Positions 29,442 to 38,072 of a stretch of DNA of 64,000 nt are shown one piece after another (position 1 is the first letter of the stretch; each line of letters starts with the position of its first letter). This DNA is from an uncultured Veillonellaceae bacterium (GTDB lineage Bacteria > Bacillota > Negativicutes > JARBTT01), in assembly GCA_963805085.1 (NCBI GenBank), contig CAWDTA010000004.1, positions 320,001 through 384,000 of the forward strand, read 5' to 3'. A program made the translations under genes and the position numbers. A model generated the notes under the pieces. It saw only the letters and a list, made by a program, of their open reading frames with translations. It was not told the DNA's origin and did not search any database.

Positions 29442-30737
29442 ATGATTAGTTTTATTGTCGTACTCTCAATCGCCATTTCTATTTTTCTGGGGTATCGAAC
29501 AAAAATCAATACTGGTTTTTTTGCTATTTTCTTTGCCTACCTAATCGGTTGTTTCTTTTTAAACTTAAAATCAACTGAAGTTATACAAATGTGGCCAATT
29601 AGCATTTTCTTTGTTATTTTTGCAGTTTCACTCTTCTATAATTTCGCCCTGGTAAATGGTACTTTGGAAAAATTATCTGCGCACCTTTTATATGCTTGCC
29701 GTAGTTTCCCGCAGTTACTTCCTTTTGCTATTTTCTTTGCCGCTACACTGATTGCTGGATTGGGCGCGGGATTTTTTACTGTAATGGCTTTCATGGCTCC
29801 AATCACCCTTCTCCTTTGCGAAAAAACAGGTCTTAGTAAAACGATCGGCGCAATCTCCGTAAACTATGGTGCCCTTGCTGGAGCCAATTTTATGACTAGC
29901 CAAAGTGGTATTATTTTTAAAACTCTAATTGATGCTGCTGGTTTTGCTGAAAACGATTTTGCTTACACCACGACAATTTTTATTACAACCTTACTCATTC
30001 CCCTATTTGTAATTTCAGGCTTTTTATTCTTTACTAAAAACGGAAAATCATTTAATAAAATGATCACCATAGAGAAACCGACCGCTTTTGATTCTAAGCA
30101 AAAAACAACCTTGTATCTTATTCTTTTCATGATGACTATGGTTCTGGCAGCACCACTCTTACATATGCTACTACCTCACAGTAAAATGGTGACTTTTATC
30201 AATTCAAAAATGGATATCGGACTAATTGCAATTTCACTTTCGGTTGTGGCACTTATGTTAAAACTTGCTGACGAAAAGCAAGTGATTGCAAAAGTTCCTT
30301 GGAATACTTTGATTATGATTTGTGGCGTTGGTATGCTCATTTCCGTCGCAATCAAAGCGGGAACAATTAATATTTTAGCTAGCTGGATTGGTGCAAACAT
30401 ACCAGCTTTCTTAGTGCCAATTGCATTATGCATCGTTGGTGGAATTATGTCATTTTTCAGTAGCACCTTGGGTGTTGTGTGTCCAGCCCTCTTCCCGATT
30501 ATTCCATCTATTGTAGAGACGACAGGTCTCAATCCTATGCTACTCTTTACTTGCGTCGTAATTGGTGCACAAGCAACAGCGATATCACCATTTTCTTCCG
30601 GTGGCAGTCTGGTATTAGGTTCTTGTAATAAAGAGGAAGATCGCGATACTCTATTTTCTCAATTATTACTCCACGCAGTGCCAACCTGCCTTATCGCCGC
30701 TACGATTACCAGTATCCTTCTATTTTTTATCATATAA
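29442..30737 (+). CDS. Ion-transporter superfamily (MatC/SLC13-like) carboxylate carrier
   Basis: INTG, NGTLEKL, VPWNTLIMICGVGML, SFFSST, ISPFSSGG; ~11-12 TM. Confidence 0.8.
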   Translation: MISFIVVLSIAISIFLGYRTKINTGFFAIFFAYLIGCFFLNLKSTEVIQMWPISIFFVIFAVSLFYNFALVNGTLEKLSAHLLYACRSFPQLLPFAIFFAATLIAGLGAGFFTVMAFMAPITLLLCEKTGLSKTIGAISVNYGALAGANFMTSQSGIIFKTLIDAAGFAENDFAYTTTIFITTLLIPLFVISGFLFFTKNGKSFNKMITIEKPTAFDSKQKTTLYLILFMMTMVLAAPLLHMLLPHSKMVTFINSKMDIGLIAISLSVVALMLKLADEKQVIAKVPWNTLIMICGVGMLISVAIKAGTINILASWIGANIPAFLVPIALCIVGGIMSFFSSTLGVVCPALFPIIPSIVETTGLNPMLLFTCVVIGAQATAISPFSSGGSLVLGSCNKEEDRDTLFSQLLLHAVPTCLIAATITSILLFFII

Positions 30738-30754
30738 CTTCAAAAAGAATTCTA

Positions 30755-30842
30755 TATTGATTAGCAAAACTGTTGAAAAGCAGTGACGCAAAGCTATGGA
30801 TCTACCGTCATCGATTGACCACGATTGCCAGGCCGCCATGTA
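30755..30842 (+). ncRNA. GEMM-I (c-di-GMP-I class) riboswitch, A20 variant
   Basis: AGCAAAACTGTTGAAAAGCAGTGACGCAAAGCTATGGATCTA...GATTGCCAGGCCGCCA contains the GCAAA, GAAA loop, GACGCAAAGC and GxTCTA elements. Confidence 0.82.
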
Positions 30843-30850
30843 AACACATG

Positions 30851-30880
30851 AAAACGGTCAGAATATTTCTGGCCGTTTTT
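30851..30880 (+). terminator. Intrinsic terminator (riboswitch expression platform)
   Basis: AAAACGGTCAGAA-TAT-TTCTGGCCGTTTTT. Confidence 0.8.
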
Positions 30881-30925
30881 AACTTTTACTTAACAATTAT
30901 TTAACATTTACTACAAGTCAATTCA

Positions 30926-30954
30926 TTGTTAAGCTAAGTTAATAATGTTAGAAT
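30926..30954 (+). promoter_or_regulatory. Putative sigma70 promoter for the MCP gene
   Basis: TTGTTA-N17-TAGAAT with extended TG. Confidence 0.45.
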
Positions 30955-31007
30955 GATACTTAAATAGTATCATTTATATATTTTTTTATTATAAAAGGAG
31001 AAAAAAA

Positions 31008-32723
31008 TTGAAATTTATAGAAAATATGAAAGTAAGTTTTAAATTAGGCACATTACTCTTTATTAGCATTTTCTTTATGGGAATTATCGGCTACACGGGG
31101 TATCACTATCTTGCGCAATCAGATAAAAATATGAATTCGATGTATAAAGAAAGATTGATTCCCGTCAAAATCGTAAATGAATGCGCTACAAACGTTAGAG
31201 GTTCATTAGGCTCGATCATGGAGTTAATGGTTACAAATGACGAGAAAAAAAGCGAGCAGCTAAAGAGTGATGTTGAGAAACGGTCAACACTCATTAAGCA
31301 AGCACTTACTGAAATCGGAGAAGTCACTTCGGATCCTCAGGGAAAAGAATTGATTGCTAACGTACAGGTAGCTTTTGAAAAGCAGTCACAAGCACGCGAT
31401 AAAGTAATCCAATTAGCATTGCAAAAGAAAGATGCTGAAGCGTATGCACTCTATATTAATGACGTCGAACCGTTAACAAAAACTCTTACTGGTAATTTAC
31501 GTATTTTAATGGATTATTACACCGACTTATCAGAAAAAATGAATACCAACAACCACCAACAATTTGAACTTGCGATGAAAATCACGCTTGGTACTTTATT
31601 TATTTCTTTCCTTATTCTAGCTTGCATTGGTTGGTTCATTGCCAAAGGAATAACCTCTCCATTACGCACTATGGTATTATTTTGCGAAAAATTATCCGCT
31701 GGCGATTTTCGCAATCATCCAACCGGATTAGTTCGTAAGGATGAATTTGGCCAACTAGCTGAGGCTTTGGTAAACACCCGCACTAGTATTCGCACATTAA
31801 TGACAAGTGTAAATGAATCTGCCGAACAAGTCGCAGCCTCTTCCGAAGAACTTACTGCCAGTGCAGAACAGTCCGCTTTAGCTTCAAACCAAGTTGCTGA
31901 ATCCATTACTGATGTAGCTCATGGCACGGAAAAACAATTGGCTGCAGCACATTCTACAGCCAATGTTGTGGAACAAATATCAACTACGATCCAACGGATT
32001 TCTGCTAACGCCAATAAAATCGTTGAGCAATCCTCACAAACATCCGAAAAAGCCACCGAAGGCAATCAATCCGTAAATAAAGCAGTAAATCAAATGACTT
32101 CTATCGAAGAAACGGTTACTTCCTCCGCCGTGGTAGTAGCGAAATTAGGAGAACGTTCCAAAGAGATCGGTCAAATTGTCGATACTATTTCCGGTATTGC
32201 TGGACAAACAAACTTATTAGCGTTAAATGCCGCAATTGAAGCTGCGCGCGCTGGTGAACAAGGGCGCGGTTTCGCTGTAGTCGCTGAAGAGGTAAGAAAA
32301 CTTGCTGAACAATCCCAAGATGCAGCCAAACAAATCGCTGAATTGATTAGTGAAATTCAACAAGATACCGATAAAGCCGTCAGTGCCATGAGTGATGGTA
32401 CTAGAGAGGTTAAACTCGGAACTGAAGTTGTGAATTCATCAGGGAAAGCTTTCCAAGAAATATCAATTGAAATCAAGGAAGTATCCGAACAAATAAGAAA
32501 AATATCCGATGAAATCGATCAAGTTGCTACTGGAAGTCAGAAAATCGTTCAATCTGTGACTCAAATTGACGAACTTAGCAAGCAAACCTCAGGAGAAACA
32601 CAAACAGTGTCCGCAGCAACAGAGGAGCAATCAGCCTCGATGGAAGAAATCGCTTCCTCTAGCCAAGCACTCGCTAATTTAGCGATGAAACTTAGAGAAG
32701 CAGTTGCCAAATTCCAAATGTAA
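31008..32723 (+). CDS. Methyl-accepting chemotaxis protein with four-helix-bundle sensor
   Basis: [13 protein letters not shown] (4HB_MCP_1-like), TM, HAMP, conserved signalling hairpin; TTG start after AAGGAG. Confidence 0.95.
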   Translation: MKFIENMKVSFKLGTLLFISIFFMGIIGYTGYHYLAQSDKNMNSMYKERLIPVKIVNECATNVRGSLGSIMELMVTNDEKKSEQLKSDVEKRSTLIKQALTEIGEVTSDPQGKELIANVQVAFEKQSQARDKVIQLALQKKDAEAYALYINDVEPLTKTLTGNLRILMDYYTDLSEKMNTNNHQQFELAMKITLGTLFISFLILACIGWFIAKGITSPLRTMVLFCEKLSAGDFRNHPTGLVRKDEFGQLAEALVNTRTSIRTLMTSVNESAEQVAASSEELTASAEQSALASNQVAESITDVAHGTEKQLAAAHSTANVVEQISTTIQRISANANKIVEQSSQTSEKATEGNQSVNKAVNQMTSIEETVTSSAVVVAKLGERSKEIGQIVDTISGIAGQTNLLALNAAIEAARAGEQGRGFAVVAEEVRKLAEQSQDAAKQIAELISEIQQDTDKAVSAMSDGTREVKLGTEVVNSSGKAFQEISIEIKEVSEQIRKISDEIDQVATGSQKIVQSVTQIDELSKQTSGETQTVSAATEEQSASMEEIASSSQALANLAMKLREAVAKFQM

Positions 32724-32793
32724 TAAAAAAAATATGAAGCATCTTCAAAGCAATATTATACCTTGTACTTTACAACGCCATTAAAACAAAACC

Positions 32794-32826
32794 AGCCGTT
32801 GACTACTTTTTTAGTAGTCAACGGCT
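32794..32826. terminator. Perfect 14-bp hairpin between convergent genes; member of a repeated palindrome family
   Basis: AGCCGTTGACTACT-TTTTT-AGTAGTCAACGGCT. Confidence 0.75.
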
Positions 32827-32903
32827 TAAATTTTTAACCCATATTTGCTTTTCTATAATAACACGATGGTATAGTTACGATATTGCCTATCCAATCACAA
32901 CAA

Positions 32904-34202
32904 TTAATCTTCCAACATAATTTTGATAATCTCCGAATCTGTAGTTCTCATACCATTACATGCAATTCGACCAACAGCGGTAATAGTTTCTTCGATATCA
33001 TTTTTTAAAATACCATTGCCAGGTTGATAATATCTTCCATTCACAGCTAACACATGTGACATATATGCAGCATCTAGAGCAGAAGCAATTTTAGCGGCAC
33101 AAGATGGTTTGGCCCCATCGCATATAATTCCTGATACATTGGCTAGTGTATTACTAATCGTTAAATTAACTTCTTCCAAGCTACCACCTGCAAGATAAGT
33201 TATCGCTGCTCCGCTGGAGCAAGAGGCGCTAACACCCCCACAGAAAGCCGATAATCGACCTATCAATGTTTTCTGGTGAATTGTCAATAAGTTAGAAAAC
33301 ACTAGTCCCCTATATAGTTTTTCTTCCGATAATTTATGTCCTCTGGCATAAACAATAACAGGAATTGATGTCGCAATTCCTTGATTACCACTACCAGAAT
33401 TCGTTATAACCGGCAATGCACAACCACTCATTCTAGCCTCTGAGGCAGCAGCAGTATAAGCTTTCATCTTGACTCGTAATGGCTCATCATTGCACCCTAT
33501 ATCTAATAATGTCTGACCGATATTTACTCCGTAGTCTCCTGCTAAGCCTTCCTCCGCAATTTTGATATTATAATCAATTTGTTTTGTAATAAGCTCACCC
33601 AATGCTTCCAAAGGAACAGTATTAGCAAATTCATAAATATCTTTTACGCTAAGTACACTTCGATCAGTAAAACTACCTAGATATTTGCTAGAATCGTCAT
33701 CATTTTGATAAATAATTTTACCATTTTTTTCAATTTTACATATATTGGTATGATCATACTTAATTTCTACTATAACAGAGTCTTGCCCAGCTTTTACTAT
33801 CATAATTAGATGCAGGTTGATTTCAGTTTCCAATAATTCTAAATCACCAAAATTTCGATCCAATAATTTCTTTACCACAACCAAATCTTCTTTCGTCAAT
33901 TGTGATAAAACTTCCATTTTTTTATTTACTTTACCACCAACTAAGCCTGCCAACATACTAGCCCTAATACCTGTCAATCCATCTGTATTAGGTACGGTGA
34001 CACTTTTAACATTTTTTAAAATATTCCCACTGCATTTCAACAAAACTTTCTCGGGAAAATGACCTAACATTTCTCTTGCTTTAGCGGCAATATATGCAAT
34101 AGCAATTGGCTCTGTACAGCCTAATGCCGGAACAAGTTCTTCCTTTAAGATCTCAATATAATTGTTGCTGATTTTAGTATCCATCTTTACTGCCACCTCC
34201 AT
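32904..34202 (-). CDS. YhaM/CdsB-like L-cysteine desulfidase (serine dehydratase alpha family)
   Basis: PALGCTEPIAIA, ARMSGC..PV..NSGSGNQG, GRLSAFCG, ICDGAKPSCA.K. Confidence 0.88.
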   Translation of the reverse strand: MEVAVKMDTKISNNYIEILKEELVPALGCTEPIAIAYIAAKAREMLGHFPEKVLLKCSGNILKNVKSVTVPNTDGLTGIRASMLAGLVGGKVNKKMEVLSQLTKEDLVVVKKLLDRNFGDLELLETEINLHLIMIVKAGQDSVIVEIKYDHTNICKIEKNGKIIYQNDDDSSKYLGSFTDRSVLSVKDIYEFANTVPLEALGELITKQIDYNIKIAEEGLAGDYGVNIGQTLLDIGCNDEPLRVKMKAYTAAASEARMSGCALPVITNSGSGNQGIATSIPVIVYARGHKLSEEKLYRGLVFSNLLTIHQKTLIGRLSAFCGGVSASCSSGAAITYLAGGSLEEVNLTISNTLANVSGIICDGAKPSCAAKIASALDAAYMSHVLAVNGRYYQPGNGILKNDIEETITAVGRIACNGMRTTDSEIIKIMLED

Positions 34203-34300
34203 TTACTTTTACTCTTACAAAAAAAAAAGAGATTTATAAACTACATAAACATATATTCTACAATAGCAGTTAAAAGATATCAGTAAAGCTATCTTACTTA

Positions 34301-34627
34301 CTATTTACTTTTCTTTAATTCATTAATTTCATTTTGCATACAAATCATTTTTTCAATGATATCTTTTGCCAGAATAGAAGTCATTAAATGATCTTGCGCA
34401 TGTATCATTAATAAACTAAGTTCAGTCTTATCTCCACTAGATTCTTTCTGAATTAATTCTGTTTGAATTTTATGTGCTTCTAATAGCCCTTCCTTTGCCA
34501 TACATACAAAACTATTCGCTTTATCCATATTGCCATTTTGCGCTGCCGCTAAAGCTTCAAAAACAGTACTTCTTGCATCGCCCGAATTGGTGATTAATTG
34601 AAAAATTCTCAATGTTAATTCGTCCAT
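34301..34627 (-). CDS. PTS lactose/cellobiose-family EIIA
   Basis: SGDARS, AHKIQT, LLMIHAQDHLM. Confidence 0.93.
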   Translation of the reverse strand: MDELTLRIFQLITNSGDARSTVFEALAAAQNGNMDKANSFVCMAKEGLLEAHKIQTELIQKESSGDKTELSLLMIHAQDHLMTSILAKDIIEKMICMQNEINELKKSK

Positions 34628-34782
34628 AATAACCTCCTATTAAAAATCGTTGCCATAATATAAACAATCTTCCTTTCTGATCTAAATAGTTTTATTACCA
34701 TTCTTGCAGTAAGGAAGATTGTTATCCTATCCTATCTACATAACTATATCATTTCTAACAATGCCCAAATATCCTTTTTGCT

Positions 34783-36129
34783 TTATAATGAATTATTTTT
34801 TTCTATTTCTTCTATTACTTTTGTAAATTGTGGCAAATGATCCTTATGTGCTAATAACATTTCATTTAGTATCGTTTTAGCAATTTTGCCAGACGGAATT
34901 AACGGATTAAGAATAAATGCTTGTAAAGCTTTCGCATAACTGCCAGTAACAGCAGCTTCAACCGTTACTTCTTCCATAGCTTTCATCAATTGCACCATAC
35001 CACGCATAGCAGGTTTAAATTTTCCAAAAGTGATCGGTCTAGGTCCAATACCTGTTATAATACTACTTACTTCTACAACACATCCATAGGGTAAGTCTGT
35101 TAATGCTCCATTATTACGAGTGCTTACAACCATCTCAGTCTTTTTATTGTTAAAAATCGAACAAATAAGTTCACATGCAGCATCCGAATAATGAGCTCCA
35201 CCACGCTTACTTAATTGTTCTGGTTTTTCTTTTAGATTTGGATCTTTGTATAATTCAAATAACCCATCTTCTAATTTTTTTACTACCTCTGCACGTGTAG
35301 TGTTTTTTTCATATTCTTCCAATTCTTTATTTACCATATCATCAGTCAAATAATAATACTGATGATAGCTGCATGGTAACATTCCTAAATCACGAATCTG
35401 TTCTTCAAAGAAAGGAACAAAATCAATATTTTCCATCGTACTTTCTTTCGCTTCAAACAATTTTTCCATGACTAATGCTGTTAAATCCTCACCAGATTTG
35501 TCATATATTTTGTGCCAATGATGATGATTCAAGCCTGCATATTGGAATATTAATTCATCCGGTGATTTTTCAATTAGTTTAGACTCACGAACATTATGAT
35601 TTATTGGGACATTGCACAAACCAACCACTTTTTCAAAATTCCCATAATTAAGTACTGCTTCTGTTATCATCCCAGATGGATTTGTGAAATTAACAAGCCA
35701 TGCATTAGGACATAATTTTTTCATATCATTAACAATATCTAGAATTACAGGTATTGTCCTCAAAGCCTTAAAAATTCCTCCAGCTCCATTTGTCTCTTGT
35801 CCTAATACACCATATTTTAATGGTATTCGCTCATCTTTAATTCTAGCCTCTAATAATCCAACCCGAAATTGAGTAGATACAAAATCAGCATCTTTTAATG
35901 CTTCTTTTCTATCCAAAGATAAATGAATCTCCCAATCCAATCCAGCTTTTTCGACCATGCGTTTTGCTAGATTACCGACAATTTCTAATTTTTCTTTTCC
36001 AGCTTCAATATCAACCAACCAAATTTCCTTTATTGGCAACTGATCTTTTCTAACGATAAATCCTTCTATCAACTCTGGAGTATAGCTTGATCCTCCTCCA
36101 ATAGTAACAATTTTAATTTTTTTCATCAT
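34783..36129 (-). CDS. licH: GH4 6-phospho-beta-glucosidase
   Basis: IGGGSSYTPE, GQETNGAGG, NFTNPSG, GLCNVP, GLNH, RGGAHYS. Confidence 0.92.
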   Translation of the reverse strand: MMKKIKIVTIGGGSSYTPELIEGFIVRKDQLPIKEIWLVDIEAGKEKLEIVGNLAKRMVEKAGLDWEIHLSLDRKEALKDADFVSTQFRVGLLEARIKDERIPLKYGVLGQETNGAGGIFKALRTIPVILDIVNDMKKLCPNAWLVNFTNPSGMITEAVLNYGNFEKVVGLCNVPINHNVRESKLIEKSPDELIFQYAGLNHHHWHKIYDKSGEDLTALVMEKLFEAKESTMENIDFVPFFEEQIRDLGMLPCSYHQYYYLTDDMVNKELEEYEKNTTRAEVVKKLEDGLFELYKDPNLKEKPEQLSKRGGAHYSDAACELICSIFNNKKTEMVVSTRNNGALTDLPYGCVVEVSSIITGIGPRPITFGKFKPAMRGMVQLMKAMEEVTVEAAVTGSYAKALQAFILNPLIPSGKIAKTILNEMLLAHKDHLPQFTKVIEEIEKNNSL

Positions 36130-36176
36130 ATTTTCCTCACCTTATTAATTTTTCTGGATCATCCATTATAGAAATC

Positions 36177-37568
36177 TTATTTAACCACGTCATTAGAATC
36201 CTCAGTTTCTTGTTTTATACATTGTTTCTCATAAATTTTAAAGAATGGATAATATATTGCAAAATCGATTACAATTAAAAACAATATCAATACGGCTGCA
36301 CGCCAATCCATGGTAGCAAGGAAGGCACCTATAGGTGCAGGCGTTGTCCATGGCGCAGTAACAAAAGTAGCACCGACCATTCCCATCTTAGTAACAGTAT
36401 AGGCAATAACACCATTAATCCCCTGAATAAATACAAAAGGTAAACATAAGATAGGATTAAAAACCAATGGCAGACCAAAAATAATCGGTTCATTAATATT
36501 AAATAAACCAGGCAATAATCCGATACTGCCTATTCCCTTAAGTTGCTTTGATTTACTCCACAATAACATAAAGACTAATGCTAAAGTAGCACCAGAGCCA
36601 CCTAATTGCATATAGAAATCTTGAAATGGCGTAGTATAAATATGTTCTAAAGGCAATCCTGCAATTTTATCAGAAGCATTCACCAACAGATTACTATCTA
36701 AGAACGGTCTACTTACTCCACCTATAATTGCAGGCCCATGTAATCCTATAAACCACAATACATTCATCATAGTCGCTATTATAAATGTCCCCCCCGCACT
36801 ATCTACAGCCCCGACAAATGGCGCTAGAGCTTTCATAATAGCTTCTGGTACAAGCATTCCAAAACTTAATTTACATAATAAACCAATTACATGAAAACCA
36901 AATACACAAATAATTAATGGAATTAGTAATTCAAAAGAAGAAGCAACTGCTGGAGGTACACCTTTTGGCATTTTTATTACAATGTTTTTCTTTTTTAACC
37001 ACCGAGCAATCTCAACAACTAACAGTCCTACCAGAATTGCAGTAAACATCCCTTTAGCATCCATAAACTTTAAAGGTAAAGCATCTTGCCCTAATTTTGT
37101 TATTAAGGGATAGCCCATACTATCATTTATTTTAGAAAGAACTACTACAGTTTCAGAAGGTGCCGCAATCAACAAAAAAGTTGCAGCTGCAGTCATCGCA
37201 CCAGAAAGTGGATTCATCTTGTAAGAAATTGATAAATTATACCCTACTGCCATAGCAACAAATAAAGACATAATTCCCATAGTCATATTAAATGGTGCCA
37301 GAATCGCTGCCATATTAGCATTTGCCCAGCTATGCCACATTAAAAGCATTTGAATAAAAATATTCGTACTATCATTTACTCGAGCAGGATCAATTGGTGG
37401 AAAAGCCATGATCAAGCTTATCCCGCCAACAATCGTCAATGGAACAGAAGCTATAACGCCATTACGTACGGCTAAAATATGCTTTTGGTTAGCGAAAGAA
37501 GCAGCCAATGGTCCAATTTTTACTTCTAAAAATTGACTAAACTTTTCAAAAATACTCATTTGATTCAT
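36177..37568 (-). CDS. PTS cellobiose-family EIIC
   Basis: LWFIGLHG, GGSGATL, PGLFNINEPIIFGLPLVFNP, PWTTPAPIG. Confidence 0.93.
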   Translation of the reverse strand: MNQMSIFEKFSQFLEVKIGPLAASFANQKHILAVRNGVIASVPLTIVGGISLIMAFPPIDPARVNDSTNIFIQMLLMWHSWANANMAAILAPFNMTMGIMSLFVAMAVGYNLSISYKMNPLSGAMTAAATFLLIAAPSETVVVLSKINDSMGYPLITKLGQDALPLKFMDAKGMFTAILVGLLVVEIARWLKKKNIVIKMPKGVPPAVASSFELLIPLIICVFGFHVIGLLCKLSFGMLVPEAIMKALAPFVGAVDSAGGTFIIATMMNVLWFIGLHGPAIIGGVSRPFLDSNLLVNASDKIAGLPLEHIYTTPFQDFYMQLGGSGATLALVFMLLWSKSKQLKGIGSIGLLPGLFNINEPIIFGLPLVFNPILCLPFVFIQGINGVIAYTVTKMGMVGATFVTAPWTTPAPIGAFLATMDWRAAVLILFLIVIDFAIYYPFFKIYEKQCIKQETEDSNDVVK

Positions 37569-37579
37569 CTTCTTACTCC

Positions 37580-37888
37580 TTACATCTTATTTTTATATAA
37601 CTCTTTAGCAGCCTGCAAAATTTTATCGCCTCTACAACGCCCATAATCCATGGTGTCAATTACCCCCACAGGAATATTTGCCCCTGCAACCTCTTGAAAC
37701 TCATCCTTTTTAAATCGAACTTGCGGGCCTAATAATACAACATCATATTCACTTACCACATCATGAAATTGCTCAGATGGCTCAGCGGAAATTACCCAAT
37801 CTTTTTCTTCTTCACTTAAAGCATCTTGCATGCTTTCTGCAACTAAACTAGTAGACATCCCGGCAGCGCAAACTAATAATATTTTCAT
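37580..37888 (-). CDS. PTS cellobiose-family EIIB
   Basis: LLVCAAGMSTS, LLGPQVRF, DYG. Confidence 0.93.
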   Translation of the reverse strand: MKILLVCAAGMSTSLVAESMQDALSEEEKDWVISAEPSEQFHDVVSEYDVVLLGPQVRFKKDEFQEVAGANIPVGVIDTMDYGRCRGDKILQAAKELYKNKM

Positions 37889-37935
37889 ATCTATATTCCT
37901 CTTTTCTATATAAATTTCTCTCCACTATATACTTA

Positions 37936-37952
37936 TGCAAATATCATGCCAA
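37936..37952 (-). promoter_or_regulatory. sigma54 (-24/-12) promoter of the PTS operon
   Basis: Minus strand TTGGCATGATATTTGCA. Confidence 0.88.
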
Positions 37953-38072
37953 CTTTTAAAATAAAAAAAAGTGAGAGTTTTCCTAAAGAAAGCACCTCAC
38001 TTTTTCACAGTTAAACATACGCTATTAATACACTATTGTTTTTTTCACTATTAATCATACACTATCAATACA

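Noticed and set aside
12462-32723. Near-identical segments in the two MCP proteins as a recent duplication
   Set aside because: This is the universally conserved signalling hairpin; the DNA differs at synonymous sites and the sensor domains are unrelated.
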